Virus record (IMG/VR): IMGVR_UViG_3300032233_000422
Location: 1-44,941 of that record
Strand: one strand, 5' to 3'
Source: a virus
Lineage: Duplodnaviria; Caudoviricetes
DNA length: 44,941 nt
Every line of letters begins with the position of its first letter. The first letter of the stretch is position 1. The notes beneath the pieces were generated by a model that did not search any database, was not told the origin of the DNA, and saw only the letters and a list, made by a program, of their open reading frames with translations. The translations under genes and the position numbers were made by a program. Shown one piece after another: positions 9,494-18,868 of the stretch.

Positions 9494-9880
9494 ATGCAAC
9501 AGCGTGCCGGTTTATTATTTTTAGCTAAGACTACAGGAAGAATCCTGCTTATTCTGCAGGATGAAAAATGGACTGTACCTACATTTTCTAGAAAAGATAG
9601 TTTACTAGAAGATGCTACAGATTTATTATCCAAATATCATTCTGGTAGAATTTTACCTATTGAACTTTACCTCAGCGAAGATCGAGGATTTGAATACGGA
9701 ACTTATGTTTGCTTGGTTGACACTGAATTTTTAACTTTAGCAGATCCAACTATAGCATGGTGTAATTTGAATTTTTTGCCTAAACAATTACACAATGGAT
9801 TAAAGGCAACATTAAATAATCAGCTGATACGCACAAAAATAGAAACAATCATGGAGTTAGAAAATGCTGCCAACTATTGA
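9494..9880 (+). CDS. Degenerate Nudix-fold-like protein
   Basis: AGLLFLAK.TGRILL N-terminus and W...LP..LH.G end resemble phage Nudix proteins, but no Nudix box; TAAGTA 4 nt upstream. Confidence 0.5.
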   Translation: MQQRAGLLFLAKTTGRILLILQDEKWTVPTFSRKDSLLEDATDLLSKYHSGRILPIELYLSEDRGFEYGTYVCLVDTEFLTLADPTIAWCNLNFLPKQLHNGLKATLNNQLIRTKIETIMELENAANY

Positions 9881-10154
9881 AAACAGTGAACGTTTTAAAA
9901 CCGAATACAATAATTTTAAAACTAGAATTAGTGATATAACTGACAACGATCGGTTAAAATCAGAATTGTCAGATAAATTAAACGATCTTTTTAAAGAAGT
10001 AAGATATGTTGATAGTCAACATATGGATGTTTTTATGAATAAACAGTTACCTAGTATTGTAGAAGATACTAGATCTAAAATGCTTGAACTAAGACAGTCA
10101 ATAGATAAAAGTTTATCTAACTACGAAAAATCTAAACAAGCTATCAAAGACTAA
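9864..10154 (+). CDS. Hypothetical small helical protein
   Basis: 96-aa charged ORF with GGAG upstream, overlapping previous stop. Confidence 0.65.
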   Translation: MLPTIENSERFKTEYNNFKTRISDITDNDRLKSELSDKLNDLFKEVRYVDSQHMDVFMNKQLPSIVEDTRSKMLELRQSIDKSLSNYEKSKQAIKD

Positions 10155-11013
10155 CAATATTTTTAACAGTAATTGCACCAACCATAACTGGATGTAATGT
10201 ACACTGATATCGATAGCCGCCTGAAATATTAGCAGGAATTTTCCAATATAGCGTTCCGTTAACTTGACCTTGGGCGGCTGCACCGGAACTACGAACTCCG
10301 GTTAATGACATATGAACCAACCCCGTGTTATAATTTGTCCCAGTGCCATCTTGTATTGCAAAAGGATGACCTGCACATTGTAATTTGAATGCTATGGTCA
10401 ACCCCCCAATAGCATAAATGGTTGGGTTACTTCCTGAATACTGATCAAACAGATATGAAACTGCTCCAGAATTACTAACTACTAAAGTGGTAATTGCCGG
10501 CAGGTAAACTTGATCTATTGAAAAAGAAGCTAGTGCTACTTCTGTCAATGCTGCAAAAGTTGATACTCCACCGCCGGAGCTAGAAATAGTAATTGTATCA
10601 CTATTTGCATCGGTGGTAATTGTTGTGCTGCCGGCACCTACAAGAGTTAAAGTATCTGTGGCGCTGTCTGCTAATACACTGTTTTGTCCTGCTACTGCAA
10701 TAGTTGAAAAACTATTACTAGTGCCTCCACTACCTCCCGATGCAGTTGAGCTAATAGTTATAGCATCATTTTGAGCATCTGTCGCAATAGTAATATTTGA
10801 TCCTGCAATTAACGATAGGGTATCTGTTGAATTATCTGCTACAACATCGCTTTGACCTGCAACAGTAATAGTGGTAAAACTATTTGTTGGGGTTATTGTA
10901 ACCTGGGAAGTTGATCCAACTACATTCCATGCAGTTCCATTATAGATCCACGTGGACCCGCCTGACGTATAAGTGTCGTTGGTATTCGGCGATGATGGAA
11001 AGTTAATTGGCAT
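10144..11013 (-). CDS. Virion/fibre protein with C-terminal cupredoxin-like domain
   Basis: FPSSP....YT....W.YNG..W N-terminus, two NSFxTIxVAGQxxVxADxxTDTLxL repeats, GHPF...YQCTLHPVM; AGGA RBS and TAAATA at 11037-11032. Confidence 0.7.
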   Translation of the reverse strand: MPINFPSSPNTNDTYTSGGSTWIYNGTAWNVVGSTSQVTITPTNSFTTITVAGQSDVVADNSTDTLSLIAGSNITIATDAQNDAITISSTASGGSGGTSNSFSTIAVAGQNSVLADSATDTLTLVGAGSTTITTDANSDTITISSSGGGVSTFAALTEVALASFSIDQVYLPAITTLVVSNSGAVSYLFDQYSGSNPTIYAIGGLTIAFKLQCAGHPFAIQDGTGTNYNTGLVHMSLTGVRSSGAAAQGQVNGTLYWKIPANISGGYRYQCTLHPVMVGAITVKNIVSL

Positions 11014-11037
11014 GATATATTCCTGTGTTTTTATTTA

Positions 11038-12096
11038 TTAAGCAAATCTATATATAGCTACGGTGTTTCCATCTGTTTCTAATGTATAAGGATCTGGTGG
11101 TGTTATCATTGTATTAGTTCCGTATCTGTTGGTATTACTAATTCTTACAGTATGATAGTCAACGTAGGTTAAGCCGTCATAAAAACTATTTGCATAGGCT
11201 GCGGGAGGTGCAATAAAATTAAGTGTATTCCAGCTGGTCCTAGATGTGATGTTTATTGCTTGATCTAGTCCTGTAGCATTTCTGTAGCCCCATTTTACAG
11301 TGTCCACATCTGTGTATTGTTGTAGGTGGTAATACCTAGGAACCCAACTAGAATCTACAGTTATCACATGCCAGCACCAAATATCAGTTGAAGCAGTGAC
11401 ATCAAAGCCCCCGTCAGGTCGAACATTTATACCACCCTGGTTGGTATAGGTAAAACTTTGAGGTTTATACATAAGTCCAAGAAACTGACTAGTTCCAGAA
11501 TTTGATACACTTAGATAAGTTGCTAGATCACTTGAGCCAGAATTAAAATTATTTAATCTACCATAGAATTCAATGGTACAGTTTGCCGTTATACTACTAG
11601 GTAACGTTACTGTTAATCTTCCGGTACTCTGATTGGCTGTCATGTACTTTCTCCAACCAGTAGTAGTAATAGTAGTATTATTAATACCGCCAAGACTTCC
11701 AGAAGTAATATTTGTTCCGGATGAATAAGTTGGAACACCTATTTGAGAATTTGATTCTGTAATCGGTATAGAAGTACTGGCTGTTTGTATGGCCATTGTG
11801 ATATTTTTAGCCGTTGCACTTTGATGATCGTTTAGTGTCTGTAGTTGAACTTTCTTAACACCTGTGGTAAAATTAAATGTGAGAGATCCTGTAGTAGGCT
11901 GAAATTGCAAAGACTCTCCTGCATATGATGTTGGTAGAGTAAAAGGAACAACTCCAGAAACCCCAATAGGTTCGTTGGCTGTTAGTGTAACTGCATTGCC
12001 TTCTGCAACAGGATTGGCGCTAGATGAAATGATCCATGGTTTTCTACTAGCAATTCCGCCTAATAATTTTGATGTTAAACTACTTAATCTTGGCAT
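11038..12096 (-). CDS. Putative fibre/adhesin protein with degenerate LamG/ConA-like C-terminus
   Basis: S/T-rich; TIEFY, W.WHVITV, VRISNT.RY resemble the LamG pattern in 23221..24033. Confidence 0.55.
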   Translation of the reverse strand: MPRLSSLTSKLLGGIASRKPWIISSSANPVAEGNAVTLTANEPIGVSGVVPFTLPTSYAGESLQFQPTTGSLTFNFTTGVKKVQLQTLNDHQSATAKNITMAIQTASTSIPITESNSQIGVPTYSSGTNITSGSLGGINNTTITTTGWRKYMTANQSTGRLTVTLPSSITANCTIEFYGRLNNFNSGSSDLATYLSVSNSGTSQFLGLMYKPQSFTYTNQGGINVRPDGGFDVTASTDIWCWHVITVDSSWVPRYYHLQQYTDVDTVKWGYRNATGLDQAINITSRTSWNTLNFIAPPAAYANSFYDGLTYVDYHTVRISNTNRYGTNTMITPPDPYTLETDGNTVAIYRFA

Positions 12097-12100
12097 GAGA

Positions 12101-13558
12101 TTATGCTCCGTATGAACTCATGCTGCCTAACACTGTCCATGCTGCTCCCGTTCTAATTAATGTAAAACTCAATATATCAACTTTGCTAACTGACACAGTA
12201 GGAGAAACTCCGGCCAACCATTTTATTGTTTGTGCTACGCCAGCAATCTGTACCGCAGTAGCATAGTAACCTGAAACACCTTGATTTAAAACTAGTACGA
12301 CCGAAATTGCTTTATTGTCAGTAGTTGGCACATTGGTAAAATTTGCTGTGAAGTCTGCTACCGCTGAACTATGATACCAGACAGCACCAGTTGAAAAATC
12401 ATGATCAACTGTGCCTGTTGCACCTGTCTTGGTATTTAAAACTTCTACTGTTTGTTGTAAAACTGTAGTGCCAGTAAATGTTGGGCTTGTAAACATTGTG
12501 GCTTTAGATTCATTTGTAACATTTCCTAATCCAATTGTTGATGGGCTGATATTTAAAGCACCTACAATAACTCCGGCTACCTGTTGATCAACATAGGTCT
12601 TTGTTGCCACAAGTTCAGTTCTAATCCATAAATCATTTTCAACTGTAACATCACTGTTAAATGTTACAGCCGGTTGAAAAACTATAGACGACGAGTCAGT
12701 AGAATCTATAGTTGTAGCGTTAAAAGAAATATTTCCTATGCTTGGCTGAGGATAGGACGGTTGCATCCATTGTGTTGATGTTCCATCATCTATGTAAACA
12801 TAAAGAAAACCAGTGTTAGTATCTAGCCATAAATTCCCAGATTCTGGTTCTTCAGGAACTGTTGCCCCTACAGATACAGATGTTTGCCCGGTTCCTGATC
12901 CAGGATCAGCAACAGCAATTTCGTTACCCATGGCAAGGTGATTAAAACACCAATAGTATAACACCGCTGGAGTTGAGTTAGTTACTGAAATTTGTACTGT
13001 GCGTGTAACAGCGGTATCAAATGCTATGCTATTATAAACGGTATAGGTTACAACTTTTCCATCTAGTTTATAAACAACATCAGTAGTATAGGCTGTTCCA
13101 CCACCACGAACTCCGCTTAAATTATCTGAGGAGAAATTTAAAGGATGTCTATTTTGAGTAGTACCGTTAGCGTTTGGATAGTAAACATTGGTATTGTTAC
13201 TTTGATCAAACACATAGGTATAGCCTGTAACAAAATTTAATACGGGTTTGTAAACACCGTTGAAATTATATTTATTTCCGGTGTCGTTACCTTGAGGGCC
13301 GGTAATTGTCACAGCATAGGTAACTGTAGCTATTTTTGTATTAATTACTGCTTGTTTTAGAGCCGAAGTGCTAAGGCCAACTAGATCGTTGCGTGCCAGA
13401 GAAAGTCCTCCGGTAGTTTTTCCGTCGTACAATCTTAGAGTGTTAGCTTCGCTGTCAAAAAAGAGCTCGCCTCGAGATCCAAGTTTTCTATCTAGATAGT
13501 CTGCCAAGTTAGGAGTGAACCGTACTAGGCTAAAAATTGTGTTGGTTTTAGAAGTCAT
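12101..13558 (-). CDS. Modular tail-fibre protein (Mtd-N-like head, cupredoxin-like middle, beta-rich tip)
   Basis: GELFFD...NTLRLYDG.T.GG; Y.FDQS...HPL.FS...LYYWCFNHLAMG; P..G.LWLDT; QG...KW..G..PT...DILSF; TAAATA at 13589-13584. Confidence 0.7.
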   Translation of the reverse strand: MTSKTNTIFSLVRFTPNLADYLDRKLGSRGELFFDSEANTLRLYDGKTTGGLSLARNDLVGLSTSALKQAVINTKIATVTYAVTITGPQGNDTGNKYNFNGVYKPVLNFVTGYTYVFDQSNNTNVYYPNANGTTQNRHPLNFSSDNLSGVRGGGTAYTTDVVYKLDGKVVTYTVYNSIAFDTAVTRTVQISVTNSTPAVLYYWCFNHLAMGNEIAVADPGSGTGQTSVSVGATVPEEPESGNLWLDTNTGFLYVYIDDGTSTQWMQPSYPQPSIGNISFNATTIDSTDSSSIVFQPAVTFNSDVTVENDLWIRTELVATKTYVDQQVAGVIVGALNISPSTIGLGNVTNESKATMFTSPTFTGTTVLQQTVEVLNTKTGATGTVDHDFSTGAVWYHSSAVADFTANFTNVPTTDNKAISVVLVLNQGVSGYYATAVQIAGVAQTIKWLAGVSPTVSVSKVDILSFTLIRTGAAWTVLGSMSSYGA

Positions 13559-13578
13559 GGTAGCTCAATAATAAATTA

Positions 13579-13908
13579 TCAAGTATTTACCTTATTTTTG
13601 CGATGACTTTCTACTATCTCTTTAACTAAAATTGCAGCTCTTCCTGAGTCTCCAGAAATAAACCATTGATAAAAACCTAGGTTTGTGTCTTTTTGACGAT
13701 CGTCGTGTATTATAGCAATGGTATTGTCTTCAAATTTTATACGCCATTGACAGCTGACTCTATTTAATGACCTATCTATTGCCGGATTGGCTTCTCTACC
13801 GGGTCCAAAATAGGGTCGGCCGAATATTTCTTTTAATTCGGCGTATGTAGAATACAGTCTGCCCTGCGGTGTAAAAAATCCTAAAAACGGAGTTGGTTTA
13901 AAATTCAT
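13579..13908 (-). CDS. Hypothetical protein
   Basis: 109 aa, ATGA-coupled to upstream gene; QG...TY.EL...FG.P...W.I.F pattern. Confidence 0.65.
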   Translation of the reverse strand: MNFKPTPFLGFFTPQGRLYSTYAELKEIFGRPYFGPGREANPAIDRSLNRVSCQWRIKFEDNTIAIIHDDRQKDTNLGFYQWFISGDSGRAAILVKEIVESHRKNKVNT

Positions 13909-14636
13909 TTTTTAAAATGCTTATGGTACATTTCTTTTATAATATTTCTATTTCCTCGAAAGAACATGCTCATAAACAAGTTACGTTTTTCAAGCCAGAA
14001 CTTATCACTAGCTGTCATTTCTCTAACTATCAGCTCATACTTTTTTTCTGTTAACGGTATTAGTTGGCAAAGAGGCGTACCGGCTTTGAGCAGTGTTTCT
14101 CCTTGCATTACATTCCAATATAATTGTATGTTTACTTCTGTGCTGATAGCTGGATCCAATATACCTATGCAACTTTCAAAGGTAAAATCATCGGGGTAAG
14201 CCAAGGGTATAATTAAAAATTTTACTCCTTTTGGAGCAACAATGTTCCAAGGGGTATCTAATTTTACCACTTGATTTAGACTCCATGGACGTTTAGGTAT
14301 AAATTTGTCAAGTCCTGGTTTGTGTGTTCCTACTACATCTTTTCCTCTATAGGAATTTAATGCACCGGAAGGTATAGTCCATGTAAATCGTTCCTTGCTG
14401 TCTGTTTTAATAATTAGATCGTGCCATAGAGGAACAATAAATCCGTGATTGTTTAGATCAAAAATTCCAGGACATTGAAATAAATGTGTGCTTCTAGATT
14501 TTGAAAAACGTTCTTTATTTTGAACATAGTCATTTTTAGCGGCTGTCATCCAGTCTGCTCTGCATTCGCTTGCAGGGATGATAGGAAACATTTCCGATAG
14601 GCCGGGCGCCGATGTAAAGAACTCAATTGTGTCCAT
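13905..14636 (-). CDS. Hypothetical beta-rich protein (possible dUTPase-like fold)
   Basis: CPG...GFIVPLW.D, K...PW.I.APKG, GILD, L.AGTPL.QLIP; the fold call is inference. Confidence 0.6.
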   Translation of the reverse strand: MDTIEFFTSAPGLSEMFPIIPASECRADWMTAAKNDYVQNKERFSKSRSTHLFQCPGIFDLNNHGFIVPLWHDLIIKTDSKERFTWTIPSGALNSYRGKDVVGTHKPGLDKFIPKRPWSLNQVVKLDTPWNIVAPKGVKFLIIPLAYPDDFTFESCIGILDPAISTEVNIQLYWNVMQGETLLKAGTPLCQLIPLTEKKYELIVREMTASDKFWLEKRNLFMSMFFRGNRNIIKEMYHKHFKK

Positions 14637-15036
14637 AACCAAACCAATTTATTTTATTACTAATTTCAGTTGTGCCGCCCGATCGAGACATGAATTTAGT
14701 TATATCGTCTACATGGATGGCTATAGGTCTTAGGGTTGGCCACTCGTTGGCCATTATGTAATTAACCACTAGGAATGTATCATAGCCAATCTGTTCTGCA
14801 CTGATAGGAGCGTCGGCCAAGTCATCACCTCCATGATGTTTTGTTAAAACACTCATGGTTTCTACACCTTCGTGTATATGAAATACAATTAAATCTCTAT
14901 CGGCCAATAGAGCATTCATCCAAATTTTTAATTTCTTTCGATCTTTCTGAAGTTTACGTGCAGTATATGGATCTTTAACTTGACGGATTTCTTGGGTCCA
15001 TATAGTATACTCGCCTACATTTGTTTCACTTAACAT
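14623..15036 (-). CDS. Hypothetical protein
   Basis: ORF overlaps both neighbours; GGAG before ATG 15036. Confidence 0.6.
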   Translation of the reverse strand: MLSETNVGEYTIWTQEIRQVKDPYTARKLQKDRKKLKIWMNALLADRDLIVFHIHEGVETMSVLTKHHGGDDLADAPISAEQIGYDTFLVVNYIMANEWPTLRPIAIHVDDITKFMSRSGGTTEISNKINWFGYGHN

Positions 15037-16558
15037 TATTTTCTCCAAACAGTCTATTGTTATACCAATCGTCTAGGTATCTATAGTGATTTTTAAAATT
15101 AAGTTTTGCCTGTTCAACTCTATAATTTTGAACATCAATAAAATATTTTATATATTCTGTTTCATAGGGTCTATGAGGAATTTCAATATCTTTATATGCG
15201 CCTCCGGCATGCAACATACTGAACCATTGAGCATTGTTGAACATTGAACTTGGTTTTAAATATAAGAATCTTCCAGGCATTGGATAATAAAAACTAAGAA
15301 TAGTTTGTACGTCTTTGGGCAGATCTTTAATTTGTTGTTGTCTTATTTCTTGCCAGAATGGAGTATTGTCCTTGGTTGAAAAATGATAGTGTGCCCATAC
15401 AAACGCTAAAATCTCCATTGACATTTCATAGAAGCCGACATTTAGCAAATCTCTAGTCTGATTATTCCAAATATTTTTATTTAAATTTAACAAGTCAGCA
15501 ATAGATTTAACTACGGCAGTGGTAAATGTAATACCTGTGGCTTCCAGTGGCTCAACAAAGCCTGCGCTAAGTCCTACTGCTACTACATTCTTTACAGCTA
15601 TTTCTTTGTGATAACCACACTTCATTTTTAAAAACTTTGCAGGGGCTTCGTATTCGCCTATTGCTTCGCGTAGCTCTTTTTCGGCATCTTCATCAGAGAT
15701 AAATTTACTGCTGTAGACATAGCCGTTGCCTATACGAGTATAGATAGGAATTGTAAATCTCCAACCAGCTGTCATTGCAGTAGCTCTAGTATATGGAAAA
15801 CATTCTTTTTCTGGGTCAGTGTACTGTTTAGGCATTACTACTGCACGGTCATTTGGTAGCCATTTATCATAGGATGTGAATGGAACTCCTAGAGTTTTTT
15901 CTAAAAGAATAGAACTAAATCCACTACAATCTATAAACAGATCTGAGGTGTAAGCTGTACCTGATTCATCAATTAGTTTTGTGATTCCATACATGTCCTT
16001 TTCAACACTCTTAATTCTAGTATCAACATGTTTGATTTTATCTCCTATGAGATTTTTAAGAGCATCTAAAATTTCATATGCTGAAAAATGGACTGCACCA
16101 AATGCTTCTAGATTTGATCCAAAATTAACATCTAGATGTTCTACCATTTTTGGACTTAGGTTAGCTTTGGCCAGTTGGTATGCTGGATGAAAATCTGTAA
16201 ATTCTTTATGAGGACGTCTAATAAAATAATCGCTTGCATAAACACCTTCAGCAACAAAAGAACTTTGAATAGCATCGTTGTCAACAAAATAAGGTTCGTC
16301 ATTCCAGCCTACTAATTCAACTCCAAATTTAAAAGCTGCATTACTCGGCTTCATCCATTGTTGCGGATGTAGACCGCATTGATATAAAAATTGTGCTGTT
16401 AATGGTTGTGTACCTTCTCCTACTCCTATTGGCCCGAGACTTGTATCTTCAATTAGAATAATCTCAACAGGTATTTTTACATTATTGGCTAGGTAAGCGG
16501 CTGTTAACCATCCGCTGGTTCCGCCGCCAAGTATAGTGATTTTTTGTATTCTATTCAT
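15026..16558 (-). CDS. Flavin-dependent halogenase family protein (PrnA/Trp-halogenase-like)
   Basis: ILGGGTSGW, GVGEGT, FKFGV (catalytic Lys position), DLFIDCSGF, GWRFTIP, R.GNGYVYS, GFVEPLEATG; start ATG 16558. Confidence 0.9.
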   Translation of the reverse strand: MNRIQKITILGGGTSGWLTAAYLANNVKIPVEIILIEDTSLGPIGVGEGTQPLTAQFLYQCGLHPQQWMKPSNAAFKFGVELVGWNDEPYFVDNDAIQSSFVAEGVYASDYFIRRPHKEFTDFHPAYQLAKANLSPKMVEHLDVNFGSNLEAFGAVHFSAYEILDALKNLIGDKIKHVDTRIKSVEKDMYGITKLIDESGTAYTSDLFIDCSGFSSILLEKTLGVPFTSYDKWLPNDRAVVMPKQYTDPEKECFPYTRATAMTAGWRFTIPIYTRIGNGYVYSSKFISDEDAEKELREAIGEYEAPAKFLKMKCGYHKEIAVKNVVAVGLSAGFVEPLEATGITFTTAVVKSIADLLNLNKNIWNNQTRDLLNVGFYEMSMEILAFVWAHYHFSTKDNTPFWQEIRQQQIKDLPKDVQTILSFYYPMPGRFLYLKPSSMFNNAQWFSMLHAGGAYKDIEIPHRPYETEYIKYFIDVQNYRVEQAKLNFKNHYRYLDDWYNNRLFGENNVK

Positions 16559-17153
16559 AAAATGTATAATCAAAAGAAATATTAAAAGACAAAGAAACAC
16601 GAGTCTCTTTGGTTTTGTTTGGTTCTACTTTGTGCATTAACCAGCTTGGAAAGAATACTACTAGTCCTTCTTCTGGTTCAATATTTACTAGGTTAAAAAA
16701 TTCCTGCGACTGATGCGGAAAACTCACTACAAATGGATTGTGATTTTTAAGAATCAACCTTCCGCAATTCTGTGGAGCCTTATGATAATAAACACCGCTG
16801 ATTGTATTTGGCTGATATCCGTGTTCGTGCAATCCGATTAATTGATTATCCTCAAAGGTGTTTAGCCAGGATTGATCAATTTTAACGGAATTTTTCTTGT
16901 AGGGCTGACCGGTGCCTTCTAGATATGCGTTTGCATGCCTAACAATTTCAATTACAGTGGCCTTTAATTGATGTTTGGCTAGAATGTTAGCCTGTTTACC
17001 TGGTATGAATGTGGTATTTGCAGTATCATTATCAGGTTGCCATACATTGGCAAATTCTGAATTTGTTAACGCCAAGGCTATTTCTTGATCTATTGCTGAT
17101 TTATTTGAAACAAGATCTTGATATACTGGAACGCTGAAAACTTTATCTATCAC
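16551..17153 (-). CDS. 2OG-Fe(II) oxygenase (TIGR02466-like)
   Basis: SWLN, HEH, ISGVYY, PEEG..VFFPSWL.H.V, RVSLSFN; GTG start overlapping upstream TGA (GTGA). Confidence 0.88.
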   Translation of the reverse strand: MIDKVFSVPVYQDLVSNKSAIDQEIALALTNSEFANVWQPDNDTANTTFIPGKQANILAKHQLKATVIEIVRHANAYLEGTGQPYKKNSVKIDQSWLNTFEDNQLIGLHEHGYQPNTISGVYYHKAPQNCGRLILKNHNPFVVSFPHQSQEFFNLVNIEPEEGLVVFFPSWLMHKVEPNKTKETRVSLSFNISFDYTFYE

Positions 17154-18826
17154 TTTCTTATCACCACAATATAAAGACCGTTCCACCATTCGTTGGGATT
17201 TTCTAAAGAATTAAGCATCATCTTTTCAAATACAACAGTTGCATTTACTTGTTGTAAGCCTGCCTGTGCGCCTTCCACAACTGGTTTCCAATTTGCATCA
17301 TCGAAGATGATAATACATTCATCTGCTAGCACAGGATAGTAGTGTAGCACGGCACGTTTTGTACTTTCAAAGTCGTGAGGACCGTCATAGAAAAACATTT
17401 CTATATTAGTAGAAAATCTAGAAACATCTGCTGAGAATAAATCTCCGTTTAGAATATCTACAGTTGCTTGACCCTTGTGTTTTTTAACATTTTCAATAAA
17501 CTGTTGAACAGAATTTTCTGGTAAGGTACCTAGTTCTGCAGATCTAACAGGCTGAATATTTTGTTTCCAGTTATCAACAGCAATAGCATGGATGGGATTG
17601 TTTTTAATTGTAGCGCAGAATGTTGCGCCCATTGCTGCCCCTACTTCTAAGTAAGTATTGATTCCCTGAGCCAAAGAATTTAACAATGTCTCTACCCGAG
17701 GGCTGGTTAATCCAGGAACACCTAACCTAACTGTAGGTACACCCGAATCTGCAATTGCTTGAGCAGTATGTTTAACCAGCTCGGAGTAATGCATGTTTGA
17801 TTTTTTGTTGTAGATTTTATCGCAGTATTGGCAATCCCAACATTCAAATTTGCAATTGCGAATTTTTTCACGCCATATATTAATAGGTTTTTCTACAAGA
17901 TTTGTATCTTCTAGGTATTGTTCAAACCCAGAAAATAAAATTTCTTTGCCTTCTGCATAATTTTTAATAATCTGCATGGTTTCATATAGTCGACTTATTG
18001 CTTCTCGGCCGTGCATCTTGATACTGTCAATGCCCAGTTCATCAATAAACTCATCCCAGTCAGCTCGCCACGGTGGAAAGTTAGCTGTTTTTAGTGATGT
18101 TGCAGGATCATCTACTTCCCATTTTTTACAGCTAATTCGGCTTATTGGATCATTAAAGTATTGCGGATTGTTAACTGATCTGTTGTTGTTAAATTGAAAA
18201 TGTTCTACCATCATGCTGCATCCGCCAACACAGCCTTCGTTGGCCAATAGGCTGATGGCAATATCCTTGCCCATGGTTTCTTTAATGTATGCTTTAGCTT
18301 TTTTAATTGCCAGTAATGCATCCTTATCTCGCATTAGATCACGATCAAGGTTAACATAGTCAAATCCATATCCTGCAAGATTTACTACTTCTTGTGCCGA
18401 GTGTACTTCTCTTAGGATTGTATTTTTTACATACAATTCAGGAAATGCCCGTTTGATCTGGCCAGTGGCCATCCAATGGGTATGAGGAATTGTTGCATTT
18501 CGTACACCGGCATCATATAGGGGTTTAAAATTAGAAATAAAGATATCTAAGTTTTGCTGTGTTGCCGGAACTTCAATATTGTTAAATGTAGCACTAACAG
18601 GTATGCCTAATGCATTCTGTATGTACAGGGCAGATTCTATAATACTAAGGTGGTATTCTTCTAAAAGAAAAACATCACCCATTGCATCTTGTACAAAGGG
18701 CTTTATTCGACTTGTGAAGTAGACATCTCTAATATAATCTTTATATTGAAATAGAAATTCACAGAATTCTTTAAATTGTGCTTGATTTAATTTTGGGTTT
18801 AACGGAACGCTGAATATTTTTCTCAT
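17150..18826 (-). CDS. U32-family-like (Fe-S) domain fused to class I SAM methyltransferase
   Basis: N-part: LDRDL.RD, NEGCVGGC, SCKKW, GIDSIKMHGR (cf. U32 SLKIEGR), CKFECWDCQYC; C-part: YLEVGAAMGAT, AVDNW, FYDGPH, IIFDD. Confidence 0.7.
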   Translation of the reverse strand: MRKIFSVPLNPKLNQAQFKEFCEFLFQYKDYIRDVYFTSRIKPFVQDAMGDVFLLEEYHLSIIESALYIQNALGIPVSATFNNIEVPATQQNLDIFISNFKPLYDAGVRNATIPHTHWMATGQIKRAFPELYVKNTILREVHSAQEVVNLAGYGFDYVNLDRDLMRDKDALLAIKKAKAYIKETMGKDIAISLLANEGCVGGCSMMVEHFQFNNNRSVNNPQYFNDPISRISCKKWEVDDPATSLKTANFPPWRADWDEFIDELGIDSIKMHGREAISRLYETMQIIKNYAEGKEILFSGFEQYLEDTNLVEKPINIWREKIRNCKFECWDCQYCDKIYNKKSNMHYSELVKHTAQAIADSGVPTVRLGVPGLTSPRVETLLNSLAQGINTYLEVGAAMGATFCATIKNNPIHAIAVDNWKQNIQPVRSAELGTLPENSVQQFIENVKKHKGQATVDILNGDLFSADVSRFSTNIEMFFYDGPHDFESTKRAVLHYYPVLADECIIIFDDANWKPVVEGAQAGLQQVNATVVFEKMMLNSLENPNEWWNGLYIVVIRK

Positions 18827-18832
18827 AGTCGT

Positions 18833-18868
18833 AAATAAAGGTGTTACACTACTTAGTATAACACCTCT
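18833..18868 (-). terminator. Probable intrinsic terminator overlapping promoter-like motifs
   Basis: Minus strand AGGTGTTATACT-AAGT-AGTGTAACACCT (12 bp with one G-U) followed by TTATTT. Confidence 0.6.
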
